Positions 1 through 9,708 of a DNA stretch of 64,000 nt are shown here, piece after piece. The notes beneath the pieces are model-generated. The model was not told where the DNA came from and made no database searches. It worked only from the letters and a program-made list of their open reading frames with translations. The position numbers were made by a program, and so were the translations under genes. Source of the DNA: Alphaproteobacteria bacterium (GTDB lineage Bacteria; Pseudomonadota; Alphaproteobacteria; VGEJ01); the NCBI GenBank assembly GCA_965226045.1, contig CBDDBU010000028.1, positions 1,241 through 65,240 on the forward strand. Direction: 5' to 3'. Position 1 is the stretch's first letter. Every line of letters starts with the position of its first letter.

Positions 1-1621
1 GCTCGTCGAACATCATGATCGGGAGCTCGCGTTTTCCGATGTCCCGGCCGAGGATCCAGCGGTCTATGACATGCTGTGCCGGGCCGATTCAATCGGCGTG
101 TTTCAGGTTGAGAGTCGCGCCCAGATGAGCATGTTGCGGCGCCTGAAGCCGCGCAACTTCTACGACCTGGTGATCGAGGTGGCGATTGTTCGGCCCGGCC
201 CGATCCAGGGCGACATGGTGCACCCTTATTTGCGCCGCCGTCGTGGCGAGGAGATGGTTTCCTATCCCTCCGAGGAACTGCGTGAGGTTCTCGGCAAGAC
301 CTTGGGCGTGCCGTTGTTTCAAGAGCAGGCGATGCGAATCGCCATCGTCGCCGCCGGTTTCACGCCCGCAGAGGCCGATTCCTTGCGCCGGGCGATGGCC
401 ACGTTCCGCCGCAACGGTCAGATCCACATGCTCAAGGAGAAGCTGATCGAGGGGATGGTGGAGCGGAACTATGAGCGCGAGTTCGCCGAGCGCTGCTATC
501 GCCAGATCGAGGGTTTCGGCGATTACGGCTTTCCCGAATCACATGCGGCGAGTTTCTCGCTGTTGGTCTATGTCTCGTCCTGGCTCAAATGCCACTACCC
601 GGGCGCATTCGCGTGCGCGCTTCTTAACAGCCAGCCGATGGGCTTCTACGCGCCGGCGCAGATCGTGCGCGATGCGCGCGAACACGGTGTCGAGGTGCGC
701 CCGGTCGACGTCAACCACAGTTTCTGGAATTGCACATTGGAGCCGGGCGATGGTGAGAAGCCTGGCGGCGTGGCTCTCAGGCTCGGTTTTCGCCAGATCA
801 AAGGGTTCGCCGAGGACACTGCGGAGCAACTGACGGCACGCCGTGGTCGCGGCTATCGCGAGGTCTACGAACTGTGGCGGCGCGGTGACCTTGGCCCCGC
901 CATACTCGAACGCCTCGCCCAGGCCGATGCGTTCACCTCCATAGGCCTCTCCCGTCGCCAGGCGCTATGGGCGGTGCGGGGGCTTGGCCAAATGCCGGGC
1001 CTTGGACTATTGCCGCTGTTCGCGACCTCGGCCAAAGGCGCTGACGAGACGGCGTCACCGCACGAGATCGGGCCAGAGCCTGAGGTCGAGCTGCCCGCCA
1101 TGACCCTGGGCGAGGAAGTGATCAATGACTACAGCTCGCTCAAGCTGACCCTGAAGACGCACCCGCTCGCGCTTCTGCGGCCGATGCTCGCGGCCAAGCG
1201 ATTCGTGCCCAATCGGACGCTTGAACGAACCCCGGCGGGGCGGTGGGTTCGGGTTGCCGGTCTCGTGGTCTGCCGCCAGCGGCCCGGGACGGCGAGCGGC
1301 GTCATCTTCATGACCATCGAGGATGAGAGCGCCATCGCCAACATCATCGTCTGGCCGTGCGTCTTTGAGCGCTTTCGCAAGGTCGTTTTGCGCGGCCGCT
1401 TGATCGGGGTCGTCGGCAAGGTCGAGCGTGAGGGCGCCGTCATCCATGTTATCGCCGACCGGCTGTTCGACTATTCCGACCGACTTGCCCAGCTCGTTCA
1501 TCTTGAAGCCGTTCACGAGCAGCTTCCTCAATCGCTTGCCTGGGCCGACGGGGCCCGTGGCGATCGTGGCGACGATCGGCGCATCAGCCCCGCGGACTTT
1601 CCCTCGCGCGACTTTCACTGA
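1..1621 (+). CDS. dnaE2: Error-prone DNA polymerase DnaE2/ImuC. C-terminal ~540 aa; the 5' end lies upstream of the window.
   Basis: An ORF open from the window edge gives a PolIII-alpha C-terminal region (HhH, OB-fold tail). Stop at 1619-1621. Confidence 0.8.
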   Translation, partial: LVEHHDRELAFSDVPAEDPAVYDMLCRADSIGVFQVESRAQMSMLRRLKPRNFYDLVIEVAIVRPGPIQGDMVHPYLRRRRGEEMVSYPSEELREVLGKTLGVPLFQEQAMRIAIVAAGFTPAEADSLRRAMATFRRNGQIHMLKEKLIEGMVERNYEREFAERCYRQIEGFGDYGFPESHAASFSLLVYVSSWLKCHYPGAFACALLNSQPMGFYAPAQIVRDAREHGVEVRPVDVNHSFWNCTLEPGDGEKPGGVALRLGFRQIKGFAEDTAEQLTARRGRGYREVYELWRRGDLGPAILERLAQADAFTSIGLSRRQALWAVRGLGQMPGLGLLPLFATSAKGADETASPHEIGPEPEVELPAMTLGEEVINDYSSLKLTLKTHPLALLRPMLAAKRFVPNRTLERTPAGRWVRVAGLVVCRQRPGTASGVIFMTIEDESAIANIIVWPCVFERFRKVVLRGRLIGVVGKVEREGAVIHVIADRLFDYSDRLAQLVHLEAVHEQLPQSLAWADGARGDRGDDRRISPADFPSRDFH

Positions 1622-1714
1622 GGCGACCCGTGAGCCGCCTCGCACGCGCGTTTCGTGCCGCCGCCAGGTCGGCTATCCTCACGCGCGCGCGTTTCGCGAA
1701 AATGGGGGCGATAA

Positions 1715-2869
1715 ATGAAGATCGCGGACATCCAGACGACCGTGGTTACCGTTCCGACCATCTTTCCCTACGGGTTTTCCCAAGGGTGGTCGGACGGCTT
1801 CACGCGGACGATCGTCGAACTCGAAACGGACGACGGGCTGATCGGCCTCGGCGAGGCACCCTACGCCAAGGCGGCGGCCACGATCACAGGCAAGTTCCTG
1901 CCGCGGATTCGCGGCCTCCGGGTCGAGGAGATCGAGACCGCGCGGCAACGCTGCGTCAAGGACCATAACGATTTCGGTGGCCTGAAGGACAACTCCGAGG
2001 AGACGGCGTTCGCGGCCATCGAAATGGCGCTCTGGGACATCGCGGGCAAGCGCGCGGGCCTCCCCGCCTACCGCATGCTCGGTGGCGCGGCGCGCGAGGC
2101 CGCGCCGTTCGTCGCCTATGGCTCGACGATCGTGCTGGAGCGCGGCAATCATACCGAGAAGGACATTCCGGGCCTCATGGCCGACTACGCGAAGGACGCC
2201 GTCGCCCGCAGCGGCGCCTGGCTCTACGAATTCAAGATCGCGCGCTATTCAGTCGATTGCGACATCGAGAGCACCCGCGCCATCCGCGCGGCGTTGGGCC
2301 CCGAGATGGAAATCGCCGTCGACATGAACATGGCCTACTCGATCGACCGGTGTCGCCGCTACCTCGATGCCACACGCGAATGCCGGCTCGCCAATCTCGA
2401 GGAACCTGTCACGCGTCTCGCCGATCTCGAACGGTTGCGGCAGGACTACGGCATCCCTGTTTCGAGCCACTGCACCGATTACGAGATGATCATCCACTAC
2501 CCGCTGATCGACGGTGTGGTCGGCGATCTTCATGTCCATGGCGGCATCGCCAAGACCTGTCGCGAGGCGGCGATCGCGGCGGCGCACAACAAGCGTTTCT
2601 GGCTACGATCGAGCCTTGAGCTCGGTATTTCGTGGGCGGCGATGTGCCATTTCGGCGTGGTGTGCCGCGAGGCGGATCGTCCCGCTCAAGCGCTCTTTGA
2701 TTGGGTCGAGGACGACTGCGTTCTGGGCGAACCGTGGCACGTCAAGGACGGGGGCGTTCGTCCGCCCGAGGCGCCAGGGCTCGGCGTCGAGCTCGATCGC
2801 GACGCGGTCGCGAAGTACCACGAGTACTACCGGGAGCATGGCGAGATGGGGTGGTACTCGCATCCCTAA
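1715..2869 (+). CDS. Mandelate racemase/muconate lactonizing enzyme family protein (enolase superfamily)
   Basis: 384-aa ORF. N-terminal capping domain and barrel domain with the pattern typical of MR/MLE family. Confidence 0.7.
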   Translation: MKIADIQTTVVTVPTIFPYGFSQGWSDGFTRTIVELETDDGLIGLGEAPYAKAAATITGKFLPRIRGLRVEEIETARQRCVKDHNDFGGLKDNSEETAFAAIEMALWDIAGKRAGLPAYRMLGGAAREAAPFVAYGSTIVLERGNHTEKDIPGLMADYAKDAVARSGAWLYEFKIARYSVDCDIESTRAIRAALGPEMEIAVDMNMAYSIDRCRRYLDATRECRLANLEEPVTRLADLERLRQDYGIPVSSHCTDYEMIIHYPLIDGVVGDLHVHGGIAKTCREAAIAAAHNKRFWLRSSLELGISWAAMCHFGVVCREADRPAQALFDWVEDDCVLGEPWHVKDGGVRPPEAPGLGVELDRDAVAKYHEYYREHGEMGWYSHP

Positions 2870-2878
2870 AATCGTCCC

Positions 2879-3460
2879 GTGAGTGCTTCACTTGAGGCGC
2901 TGCTCGCCGAAGTCCGGGCGTGCAGAGTGTGCGAGGCGCATCTGCCGCTCGGCCCGCGCCCGGTGCTGGTGGCCTCGACGTCGGCGCGCATCGTGGTCAT
3001 CGGGCAGGCGCCGGGAACCAAGGTTCATCGCACCGGCATTCCCTGGGATGACGCCAGTGGCGATCGGCTACGAACCTGGATGGGCGTCGACCGTGAGACC
3101 TTCTACGACGGCGAACGCATCGCCATCATTCCCCAGGGTCTGTGCTATCCGGGACGCGGCAAGGACGGCGATCTCCCACCGCGCCCTGAATGCGCGCCGC
3201 TCTGGCATCTACGGTTATTTTCCCTGCTTCCCCAGTTGGAGCTGTTCGTGCTGGTTGGCCGCTATGCGCACAAGGCCCAACTTGGCGAGAGGTGCGGCAA
3301 GACCCTCCACGCCACGGTCCAGGACTGGCGCTCCTATCTCCCCCGCCACGCACCGATGCCCCACCCGTCGTGGCACAACAATCGGTGGCTGGGTGAGAAC
3401 CCGTGGTTCGACGGTGAGGCGGTGCCGGCGTTTCGTCGCGCCATCCACCAACTCTTGTGA
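2879..3460 (+). CDS. Uracil-DNA glycosylase superfamily protein
   Basis: 193 aa. N-terminal CxxC, a 'GQAPG' motif-A-like loop and a conserved C-terminal His region typical of UDG-fold proteins. Confidence 0.6.
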   Translation: MSASLEALLAEVRACRVCEAHLPLGPRPVLVASTSARIVVIGQAPGTKVHRTGIPWDDASGDRLRTWMGVDRETFYDGERIAIIPQGLCYPGRGKDGDLPPRPECAPLWHLRLFSLLPQLELFVLVGRYAHKAQLGERCGKTLHATVQDWRSYLPRHAPMPHPSWHNNRWLGENPWFDGEAVPAFRRAIHQLL

Positions 3461-3485
3461 GTTGAGGGGGCGATGCTCCGCAATC

Positions 3486-4052
3486 TCAGGGATATGGGTC
3501 CTTCTTGACGTTGAAGGTGACCGAGATGCGGGGCCGGCGCTCTGTGTGGGGGTGCATGATGTAGAGCAGGTAGCTTGGCCAGATGACCATCAGTCCGGGT
3601 TCGGGATGGACGATGTAGCGCGTGGGAATGGCGGACCGATAAAAGTTCATCGATGCGGCCGTGTTCGGATTGAAGAGAGCGAGGGTGCCGCTATAGGGGT
3701 TGGTCTTGTCTTCGCTGCCGGGATCGACGTAGTAGGCGCCGGACCAGGTCGCGCCCGGATGAACGTGACTGCGGTGGAAATCGCTGTTGTCGTATATGTT
3801 GGCCCACATCGCGATAGACCAGTTGCTGCGCTCGGTGCGGCGGTATGTGGCGTAAATCTGGGTGCTCGCCCGCGTCACCATCGCGGCGGCGCGGTTCATC
3901 AATTCCTGAGCGTACTTGCCCCCCCCCCAGTTCTGGTAGTCCTAGCCCAATTGCCAGCCGCCGGAGGCTAGAGGCGGCTCGGTGGGCTGTGTCTTGGCCT
4001 GCTCGTAATGCGACGCTTGAGAGAGCGGTTCAACGTCGCGCTGTCGGGCCAT
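3486..4052 (-). pseudogene. 2OG-Fe(II) oxygenase-like protein (PF13759/TIGR02466-like), interrupted by an in-frame TAG
   Basis: Minus-strand reading is ATG(4052-4050)...GGWQLG-TAG(3944-3942)-DYQNWGGGKYAQELMNRAAAMV... The stop is in the same frame as the downstream 138-aa ORF, which carries the HxHPxxxWSG(A/V)YY motif. A G10 tract (C10 on +, 3919-3928) lies in the coding sequence. IS-A1 lies 48 bp upstream of the ATG. Confidence 0.6.
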
Positions 4053-4100
4053 CGGTACGTCAGTACAGGCGTCGAAAACAAGTGGATGAGCTTTTCATCC

Positions 4101-5475
4101 GAGCTATAACCGAATCTTGTGTACGGCGTTGAAATGAAGGCGGCGTATCCTGGTGATTGTTGATGTCACCACTTGAGCTAAGCCAAGGAAGGATAGGCCA
4201 TGAAAGAGAATACCGTTGTTGCTTTTCAAAACCCATCTGATTTTCAGAAAGATCCGTTGACGGAAGTCCTACAAGCTGGAGCTCGCGAGTTGTTGGCCCA
4301 AGCCGTTGAGGCCGAGGTCTCCGTGTTTTTGGGTAGCCATGCGGCGCTTGTTGACGCCGCCGGCCGCCGCCGGGTTGTCCGCAATGGATATCTGCCGGAA
4401 CGCTTCATCCAGACCGGGATCGGCCCGGTGAGCGTGCGCCAACCCCGTGTGCGGGACCGGGGGGACGGCGCCATCCGCTTCACGTCGGCGATCCTGCCGC
4501 GCTATCTGCGCCGCGCCAAGAGCCTGGAAGACCTTTTGCCATGGCTGTATCTGAAGGGCATTTCCACCGGCGACTTCGGGGAAGCCTTGGCGGCGCTCCT
4601 GGGGAGCTCCGCGCCGGGGCTTTCGGCCTCCACGATCACCCGGCTGAAAGAGGTCTGGGGGGTTGAGGCGGAGCGCTGGCAACGGCGCGACCTCACGGCC
4701 AAGCGCTACGTCTATTTCTGGGTGGACGGCATCTATTTCAGCGCCCGCATGGAGGAAGAGAAGCAGTGCATCCTGGTGATCGTCGGGGCCACGGACAAGG
4801 GACAGAAGGAACTGATCGCCATCGCCGACGGCTATCGCGAAAGTGAGCAGTCCTGGCTCGAAGTTCTGCTCGATCTCAAGCGGCGCGGCCTTGAAATGGG
4901 TCCGCAACTGGCGCTCGGCGACGGCGCGCTCGGCTTCTGGAAGGCGCTCCGCCAAGTCTACCCAGGCGCCCGCGAGCAACGCTGCTGGGTTCACAAGACG
5001 GGCAACGTCTTGAACAAGCTGCCCAAGGGTCTGCAAAAGAAAGCCAAGGGGCGCCTGCAAGACATCTGGATGGCCGAAACCAGGAAGGATGCCGAGAGCG
5101 CCTTCGACTTCTTCCTGGAAGCCTACGGGCCGAAGTACGACAAGGCCGCGGCCTGCCTGGCCAGGGACCGCGACGTCCTGCTGACGTTCTACGACTTCCC
5201 CGCCGAGCACTGGAAGCATGTACGCACGACCAACCCCATCGAGAGCACGTTCGCCACGGTTCGTCTGCGCACCTACCGGACCAAGGGCTGCCTGTCGCGC
5301 AAGACGGCGATGGCCATGGTCTTCAAACTATGCCAGTGCGCTCAGAGAAAATGGAGAAAACTCGATGGATCGAACCATCTCGCCGAGATCATTCGCGGCG
5401 TCAAATTCGTAGATGGAGAACGCCAGGATCGCGCCGCCGCATGATCAGCCCATACACAACTTTTGACAATAGCTC
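4101..5475 (+). mobile_element. IS256-family insertion sequence, copy A1 (1375 bp), with a 9-bp TSD TTTTCATCC
   Basis: Ends were defined by comparison with the identical copy A2. Imperfect terminal IRs are GAGCTATAACCGAATCTTGTGTA (left) and TACACAACTTTTGACAATAGCTC (right). Direct repeats sit at 4092-4100 and 5476-5484. Confidence 0.9.
4200..5444 (+). CDS. IS256-family (mutator-type) transposase
   Basis: 414 aa, mutator-type DDE transposase by sequence pattern. Identical at protein level to 27341..28585 (-). Confidence 0.9.
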   Translation: MKENTVVAFQNPSDFQKDPLTEVLQAGARELLAQAVEAEVSVFLGSHAALVDAAGRRRVVRNGYLPERFIQTGIGPVSVRQPRVRDRGDGAIRFTSAILPRYLRRAKSLEDLLPWLYLKGISTGDFGEALAALLGSSAPGLSASTITRLKEVWGVEAERWQRRDLTAKRYVYFWVDGIYFSARMEEEKQCILVIVGATDKGQKELIAIADGYRESEQSWLEVLLDLKRRGLEMGPQLALGDGALGFWKALRQVYPGAREQRCWVHKTGNVLNKLPKGLQKKAKGRLQDIWMAETRKDAESAFDFFLEAYGPKYDKAAACLARDRDVLLTFYDFPAEHWKHVRTTNPIESTFATVRLRTYRTKGCLSRKTAMAMVFKLCQCAQRKWRKLDGSNHLAEIIRGVKFVDGERQDRAAA

Positions 5476-5584
5476 TTTTCATCCTCTATGCTAGCTATCC
5501 AGTTCACCTCTATTGCTCGACTGCGGTCAGGTTGCCGCGGGCGCGACACCATGTTTGAAATGGGCTCGTTGGAGACCGATCCTT

Positions 5585-6622
5585 GTGCGGCGCATTAGAA
5601 CGGAAACCAAGCCCGTGGTCACCGCCATTCGTGCCGTCCTCGTTCTTCTTTTGTGCGTAGCGGCTGGCTGCACCCCCCGACAGCAGCTCACGACCGAGTC
5701 CACGGCACAAGCCGGTCTCCTCGGCGCCGGGGACAATGCGCAGTATGTGAGTAGCGGTGGACGGGCCGCGCCTGTGCGAATCTGGTCGTCGTCCCAAGCG
5801 CCGCGCGCCATCATCGTGGCCGTTCACGGCTTCAACGACTACAGCAATGCCTTTGATCGGGCGGCGGCATGGTGGGCGGCGCGCGGCGTTCAGACCTATG
5901 CATATGACCAGCGGGGGTTTGGTGCGACTAGCGAGGTCGGCATCTGGCCGGGCACGGAGGCGTTGGTGAGCGATCTCTGCGCCTTTCTGGTTCTCGTGGG
6001 CGCCCGCCATCCGAGTATCTCGCTTCATGTCCTGGGACTTAGCATGGGCGGTGCCGTGGTTCTGGCCTCGGAGGGCGGCGCCGTCTGTCGAAATCGGGTC
6101 GCGGTGTCGGGCGTTATTCTCGTCGCTCCGGCCGTCTGGGGGCGCTCGACGCTCGGCCTGATCGCGCGCGCCACGTTGTGGCTGGGCGCCCACGTTCTCC
6201 CCGCCCTTCACGTCAACGGAAGCGGGCTCCAGATCACTCCGTCGGACAATGACGAGGTCCTGAGGGAACTCTCGGCGGATCCGCTGGTCATCAAGAATAC
6301 GCGCATCGATGCCGTGTACGGTATGGTCAATCTCATGGACACGGCACTGCTATCGGCGCCACGCATGAGGACGGAGACGCTTGTTCTCTATGGCGCGCGT
6401 GACGAGATCATCCCAGCCGAACCGACACACCGCATGATCGCCGCCTGGCGCGGCCCGCTGCGATTCGCCTTCTATCCAGGCGGTTATCACATGTTGTTGC
6501 GTGACCGCGATGCCGAGACCGTCTGGGGCGACGTGTTGGCCTGGATCGACGATGCGACGGCGCCGCTGCCGTCGGGCCGTGACCAGGATTCCATCAGACT
6601 GCTTGCGCAAGACTCGCGGTGA
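5585..6622 (+). CDS. Alpha/beta-hydrolase fold lipoprotein (lysophospholipase/monoacylglycerol-lipase-like)
   Basis: GTG start gives a lipoprotein signal (RRIRTE...LLLCVAAGC). HGFNDYS and GLSMGG nucleophile elbow, C-terminal His. The start is uncertain. Confidence 0.65.
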   Translation: MRRIRTETKPVVTAIRAVLVLLLCVAAGCTPRQQLTTESTAQAGLLGAGDNAQYVSSGGRAAPVRIWSSSQAPRAIIVAVHGFNDYSNAFDRAAAWWAARGVQTYAYDQRGFGATSEVGIWPGTEALVSDLCAFLVLVGARHPSISLHVLGLSMGGAVVLASEGGAVCRNRVAVSGVILVAPAVWGRSTLGLIARATLWLGAHVLPALHVNGSGLQITPSDNDEVLRELSADPLVIKNTRIDAVYGMVNLMDTALLSAPRMRTETLVLYGARDEIIPAEPTHRMIAAWRGPLRFAFYPGGYHMLLRDRDAETVWGDVLAWIDDATAPLPSGRDQDSIRLLAQDSR

Positions 6623-6636
6623 TAGAGCGCTGATAG

Positions 6637-7884
6637 GTGAGAGCCCGCTATGCGAATTTAAGGGTCAATCAGGATCGGCTGTGGAAAAGCCTGATGGACA
6701 TGGCGCGGATTGGCGCCACGGAAAAGGGTGGGGTGTGCCGGCTTGCGCTCACCGAGCTCGATCGGGAGAGCAGGGACCTGTTTGGTGCTTGGTGCTGTGA
6801 CGCGGGTTGCGGCGTCACCGTGGACCAGTTCGGTAACATCTTCGCGCGGCGCCCGGGGCGCGACGACACGCTGGCGCCGGTCATGACGGGAAGCCACCTC
6901 GATAGCCAACCCACGGGCGGCAGGTTCGACGGGGCCTACGGTGTGCTCGCGGGGCTTGAGGTGCTGCGCACGCTGAACGATGCCGACTATCAGACGGAGG
7001 CGCCGATCGAGGTCGTCGTCTGGACCAACGAGGAAGGCTCACGCTTTTCACCGCCGATGATTGGCTCGGGTGTTTTCGCCGGCCTCTTTGATCTCGACTA
7101 TGCACGCGGCCGTGCGGACGCCGATGGCCGCAGCCAGGGAGAGGCGCTCGAGGCCATCGGTTACGCGGGCGAGGCGGCTGTCGGCGGGCGAGCGGTCGGC
7201 GCCTATTTCGAGGCGCATATCGAGCAAGGTCCCATCCTCGAAGCAGAGGACAAGGTGATCGGCGCGGTCACCGGAGCCCAGGGCCAGCGCTGGTATTCCG
7301 TGGTGGTTCGTGGTGAGGAGGCCCATGCCGGCACGACGCCCATGCCGAGGCGCAAGGACGCCCTCCTCGGGGCCGCGCGCCTGGTCGCGGAGGTCAACAG
7401 GATCGCGCTCGCCCATGCGCCCCACGCCTGTGGCACGGTCGGCGTGCTCCGTTCGAGTCCGAACTCGCGGAACGTGATCCCGGGTTCGGTGGAGCTTACG
7501 GTCGATCTACGTCATCCCGACGACCGCGAACTCTCCGTCCTCGACGGCGAGTTGCGTCGCGGCGTGCAGGCGATCGCCGATGAGATCGGCCTCGAGATCG
7601 ATATCGAGCAGGACTACGACACCGCGGCGGTTCCGTTCGACGATGTGTGCATCGAGGCCGTGCGCACCGCCGCCAATGACTGCGGCTACACCCATCGCGA
7701 CATCATCAGCGGCGCTGGGCACGATGCGGTCAACATCTCGCGCGTCGCCCCGACGGGCATGATTTTCATCCCCTGCGAGGACGGCGTCAGCCATAACGAG
7801 CGAGAGAACGCGCGCTCCGATCACATCGCGGCCGGGTGCAACGTGTTGCTGGACGCCATGGTGCGCATGGCCGATCGACGTTGA
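6637..7884 (+). CDS. M20-family Zn-dependent amidohydrolase (allantoate amidohydrolase / N-carbamoyl-L-amino-acid hydrolase family)
   Basis: 415 aa with the TGSHLDSQP, GGRFDG and WTNEEGSRF motifs of the AmaB/AllC family. Confidence 0.75.
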   Translation: MRARYANLRVNQDRLWKSLMDMARIGATEKGGVCRLALTELDRESRDLFGAWCCDAGCGVTVDQFGNIFARRPGRDDTLAPVMTGSHLDSQPTGGRFDGAYGVLAGLEVLRTLNDADYQTEAPIEVVVWTNEEGSRFSPPMIGSGVFAGLFDLDYARGRADADGRSQGEALEAIGYAGEAAVGGRAVGAYFEAHIEQGPILEAEDKVIGAVTGAQGQRWYSVVVRGEEAHAGTTPMPRRKDALLGAARLVAEVNRIALAHAPHACGTVGVLRSSPNSRNVIPGSVELTVDLRHPDDRELSVLDGELRRGVQAIADEIGLEIDIEQDYDTAAVPFDDVCIEAVRTAANDCGYTHRDIISGAGHDAVNISRVAPTGMIFIPCEDGVSHNERENARSDHIAAGCNVLLDAMVRMADRR

Positions 7885-9194
7885 CGCCGAAGAGTCCTGC
7901 GAACCGCATCCGGCGAACGGCTGGCGCCTGCCTGATCGCGGTGACGATGGCGGCCATCCCGGCGGTGGCGCAGACCGTTCGTGAACCCGATACGGTGCTT
8001 TTGAACGACGCGATTTGGCTGGGTTCATCGGACCGTATGGCCGATTTGCTGACCTCCCAGCCGCCCGAATATCTACGCAGCGTCGCTCAGGGTGGGCAAC
8101 CCTCGTTTTTCGCCCGCCTTGGAAAATTAGCCTTCCGTTCGCCGTTCGTCGTCGGTGGAAGGGCAGGGCGGCTGGGCCTTTCCTGCAACACCTGCCACCC
8201 CAATGGCGGCGCCAATGCCGACTTCTTTGTCGAGGGACTCTCAGATCGTCCCGGCAGCGTCGACGCGAGCCATGCCTTCTGGAACCGCCGCGCCGACGAT
8301 GGCTTCTTCAATCCGGTCAACGTTCCTTCGCTGCGCGGCGTGCGGTTGACCGCGCCCTACGGCCGCGACGGCCGCTTCGCGAGCCTGGCTGAATTCACAC
8401 GCCACGTCATCGTCACCGAGTTCGGCGGCGATGAACCGGAACCTCTGATTCTTGACGCCCTGGTCGCCTATCAGCTCGATCTAGCGCTTCTGCCCAACCC
8501 TCTAGTGGATGCAGGTGGCCAGCTCGCGGCGGCGGCGCTGCCGCTGGCCCGCGCGGCCGCGGGGCTGTTCGCGCGCGACTGCGGTGGTTGCCACGGCCCC
8601 GACGGCGGCTTCGTCGACGGCCGCCGCCACGATGTGGGAACGGATGGGCACTTCGATACGCCGGTCCTGCTCGGCCTGGCCGAATCGGCGCCCTACTTCC
8701 ATGACGGACGCGCCGCCGATCTCGCCGCCGTCGTGGATCATTTCGATGAGGTGTGGTCGCTTGGATACGATCTTGACGAACGCCGGGCGATGATTGCCTA
8801 CCTTGAGGCCGTCGGCGCCGTGGACAGACGTCGCGAACCCATCACACTTTCCGCGACCGTGGCCGGATTGCAGGACTTCGCCGCGCTCGTGAGGGAACCG
8901 CTGGAGAGTGAGGACGCCGCGCTCGTAGACCTCGTCGTCGATATGGTTCGTCTCGAGATCGGTCGCCTCCACCAACGCTTTCCGGCGCCCGAGCACGGTG
9001 CGGCGCGGCAAACGATCGCCGGCTGGGCGCACGCGCTGCGCCGCGTCGCGCGCCTGGCGGAGCAGGGAGCATTTCCAGCGGCCAGAACCGCCCTCGTGGG
9101 TTGGCATGCCGACGTGGCGGACTCGTGGCCGTCGTTGGAGACAGTGGCGCGCACGTCTTTGTTCAACCCGCGGGCGATCCCGCCTGGGGGCTGA
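7881..9194 (+). CDS. Di-haem cytochrome c peroxidase family protein (CcpA/MauG-like)
   Basis: Two CxxCH motifs (CNTCH, CGGCH), each followed by a PSLR...APY(G/F)(R/H)DGR signature. N-terminal signal ([22 protein letters not shown]). A TTG start at 7881 is assumed. Confidence 0.65.
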   Translation: MTPKSPANRIRRTAGACLIAVTMAAIPAVAQTVREPDTVLLNDAIWLGSSDRMADLLTSQPPEYLRSVAQGGQPSFFARLGKLAFRSPFVVGGRAGRLGLSCNTCHPNGGANADFFVEGLSDRPGSVDASHAFWNRRADDGFFNPVNVPSLRGVRLTAPYGRDGRFASLAEFTRHVIVTEFGGDEPEPLILDALVAYQLDLALLPNPLVDAGGQLAAAALPLARAAAGLFARDCGGCHGPDGGFVDGRRHDVGTDGHFDTPVLLGLAESAPYFHDGRAADLAAVVDHFDEVWSLGYDLDERRAMIAYLEAVGAVDRRREPITLSATVAGLQDFAALVREPLESEDAALVDLVVDMVRLEIGRLHQRFPAPEHGAARQTIAGWAHALRRVARLAEQGAFPAARTALVGWHADVADSWPSLETVARTSLFNPRAIPPGG

Positions 9195-9247
9195 TCAGGC
9201 GATCGCGACCGTGTAGCCTGGATCCGAACTCGCAGCAGGAGAAAACA

Positions 9248-9628
9248 ATGCCCAGCCAACCCGTGATCCCCAAAGGCGCCGCGCCGCCGCTCGCGCCGTA
9301 TTCGCCTGGAACGCGCGCCGGCGACACCGTGTACGTTGCCGGCACTGTCGCCCTTGACGGTGAGGGCAACGTTGTCGGCGTCGGGGATATCCGGGCCCAG
9401 ACGCGTCATGTCCTCGAGTCGGTCAAGGCGGTGATCGAGGCGGCGGGCGGAAGCCTCGCCGATGTCGCGTTCAATCAGATATTTCTCAAGGACTACGCCG
9501 ACTACGCCGGCATGAACGAGGTGTACCGCGAGTACTTCTCCGCCGACCCACCAGCTCGCTATTGCATCAAGGCGGACCTCGTCAAGCCGGAGTTTCTGGT
9601 CGAGATCGCCTCGACCGCCCACCGCTAG
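9248..9628 (+). CDS. ridA: RidA/YjgF-family reactive-intermediate (enamine/imine) deaminase
   Basis: 126 aa with the typical RidA pattern. RBS caggag lies 8 nt upstream. The stop TAG (9626-28) lies inside the CTAG TSD of IS-C. Confidence 0.8.
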   Translation: MPSQPVIPKGAAPPLAPYSPGTRAGDTVYVAGTVALDGEGNVVGVGDIRAQTRHVLESVKAVIEAAGGSLADVAFNQIFLKDYADYAGMNEVYREYFSADPPARYCIKADLVKPEFLVEIASTAHR

Positions 9629-9708
9629 CAGCCTGTCGGACTTGAGCCGGGAGTCGAAATAGGATTCGATGGTATCAGTTGATTTGCCCGCGCGTGATGG
9701 AGGCCGTC

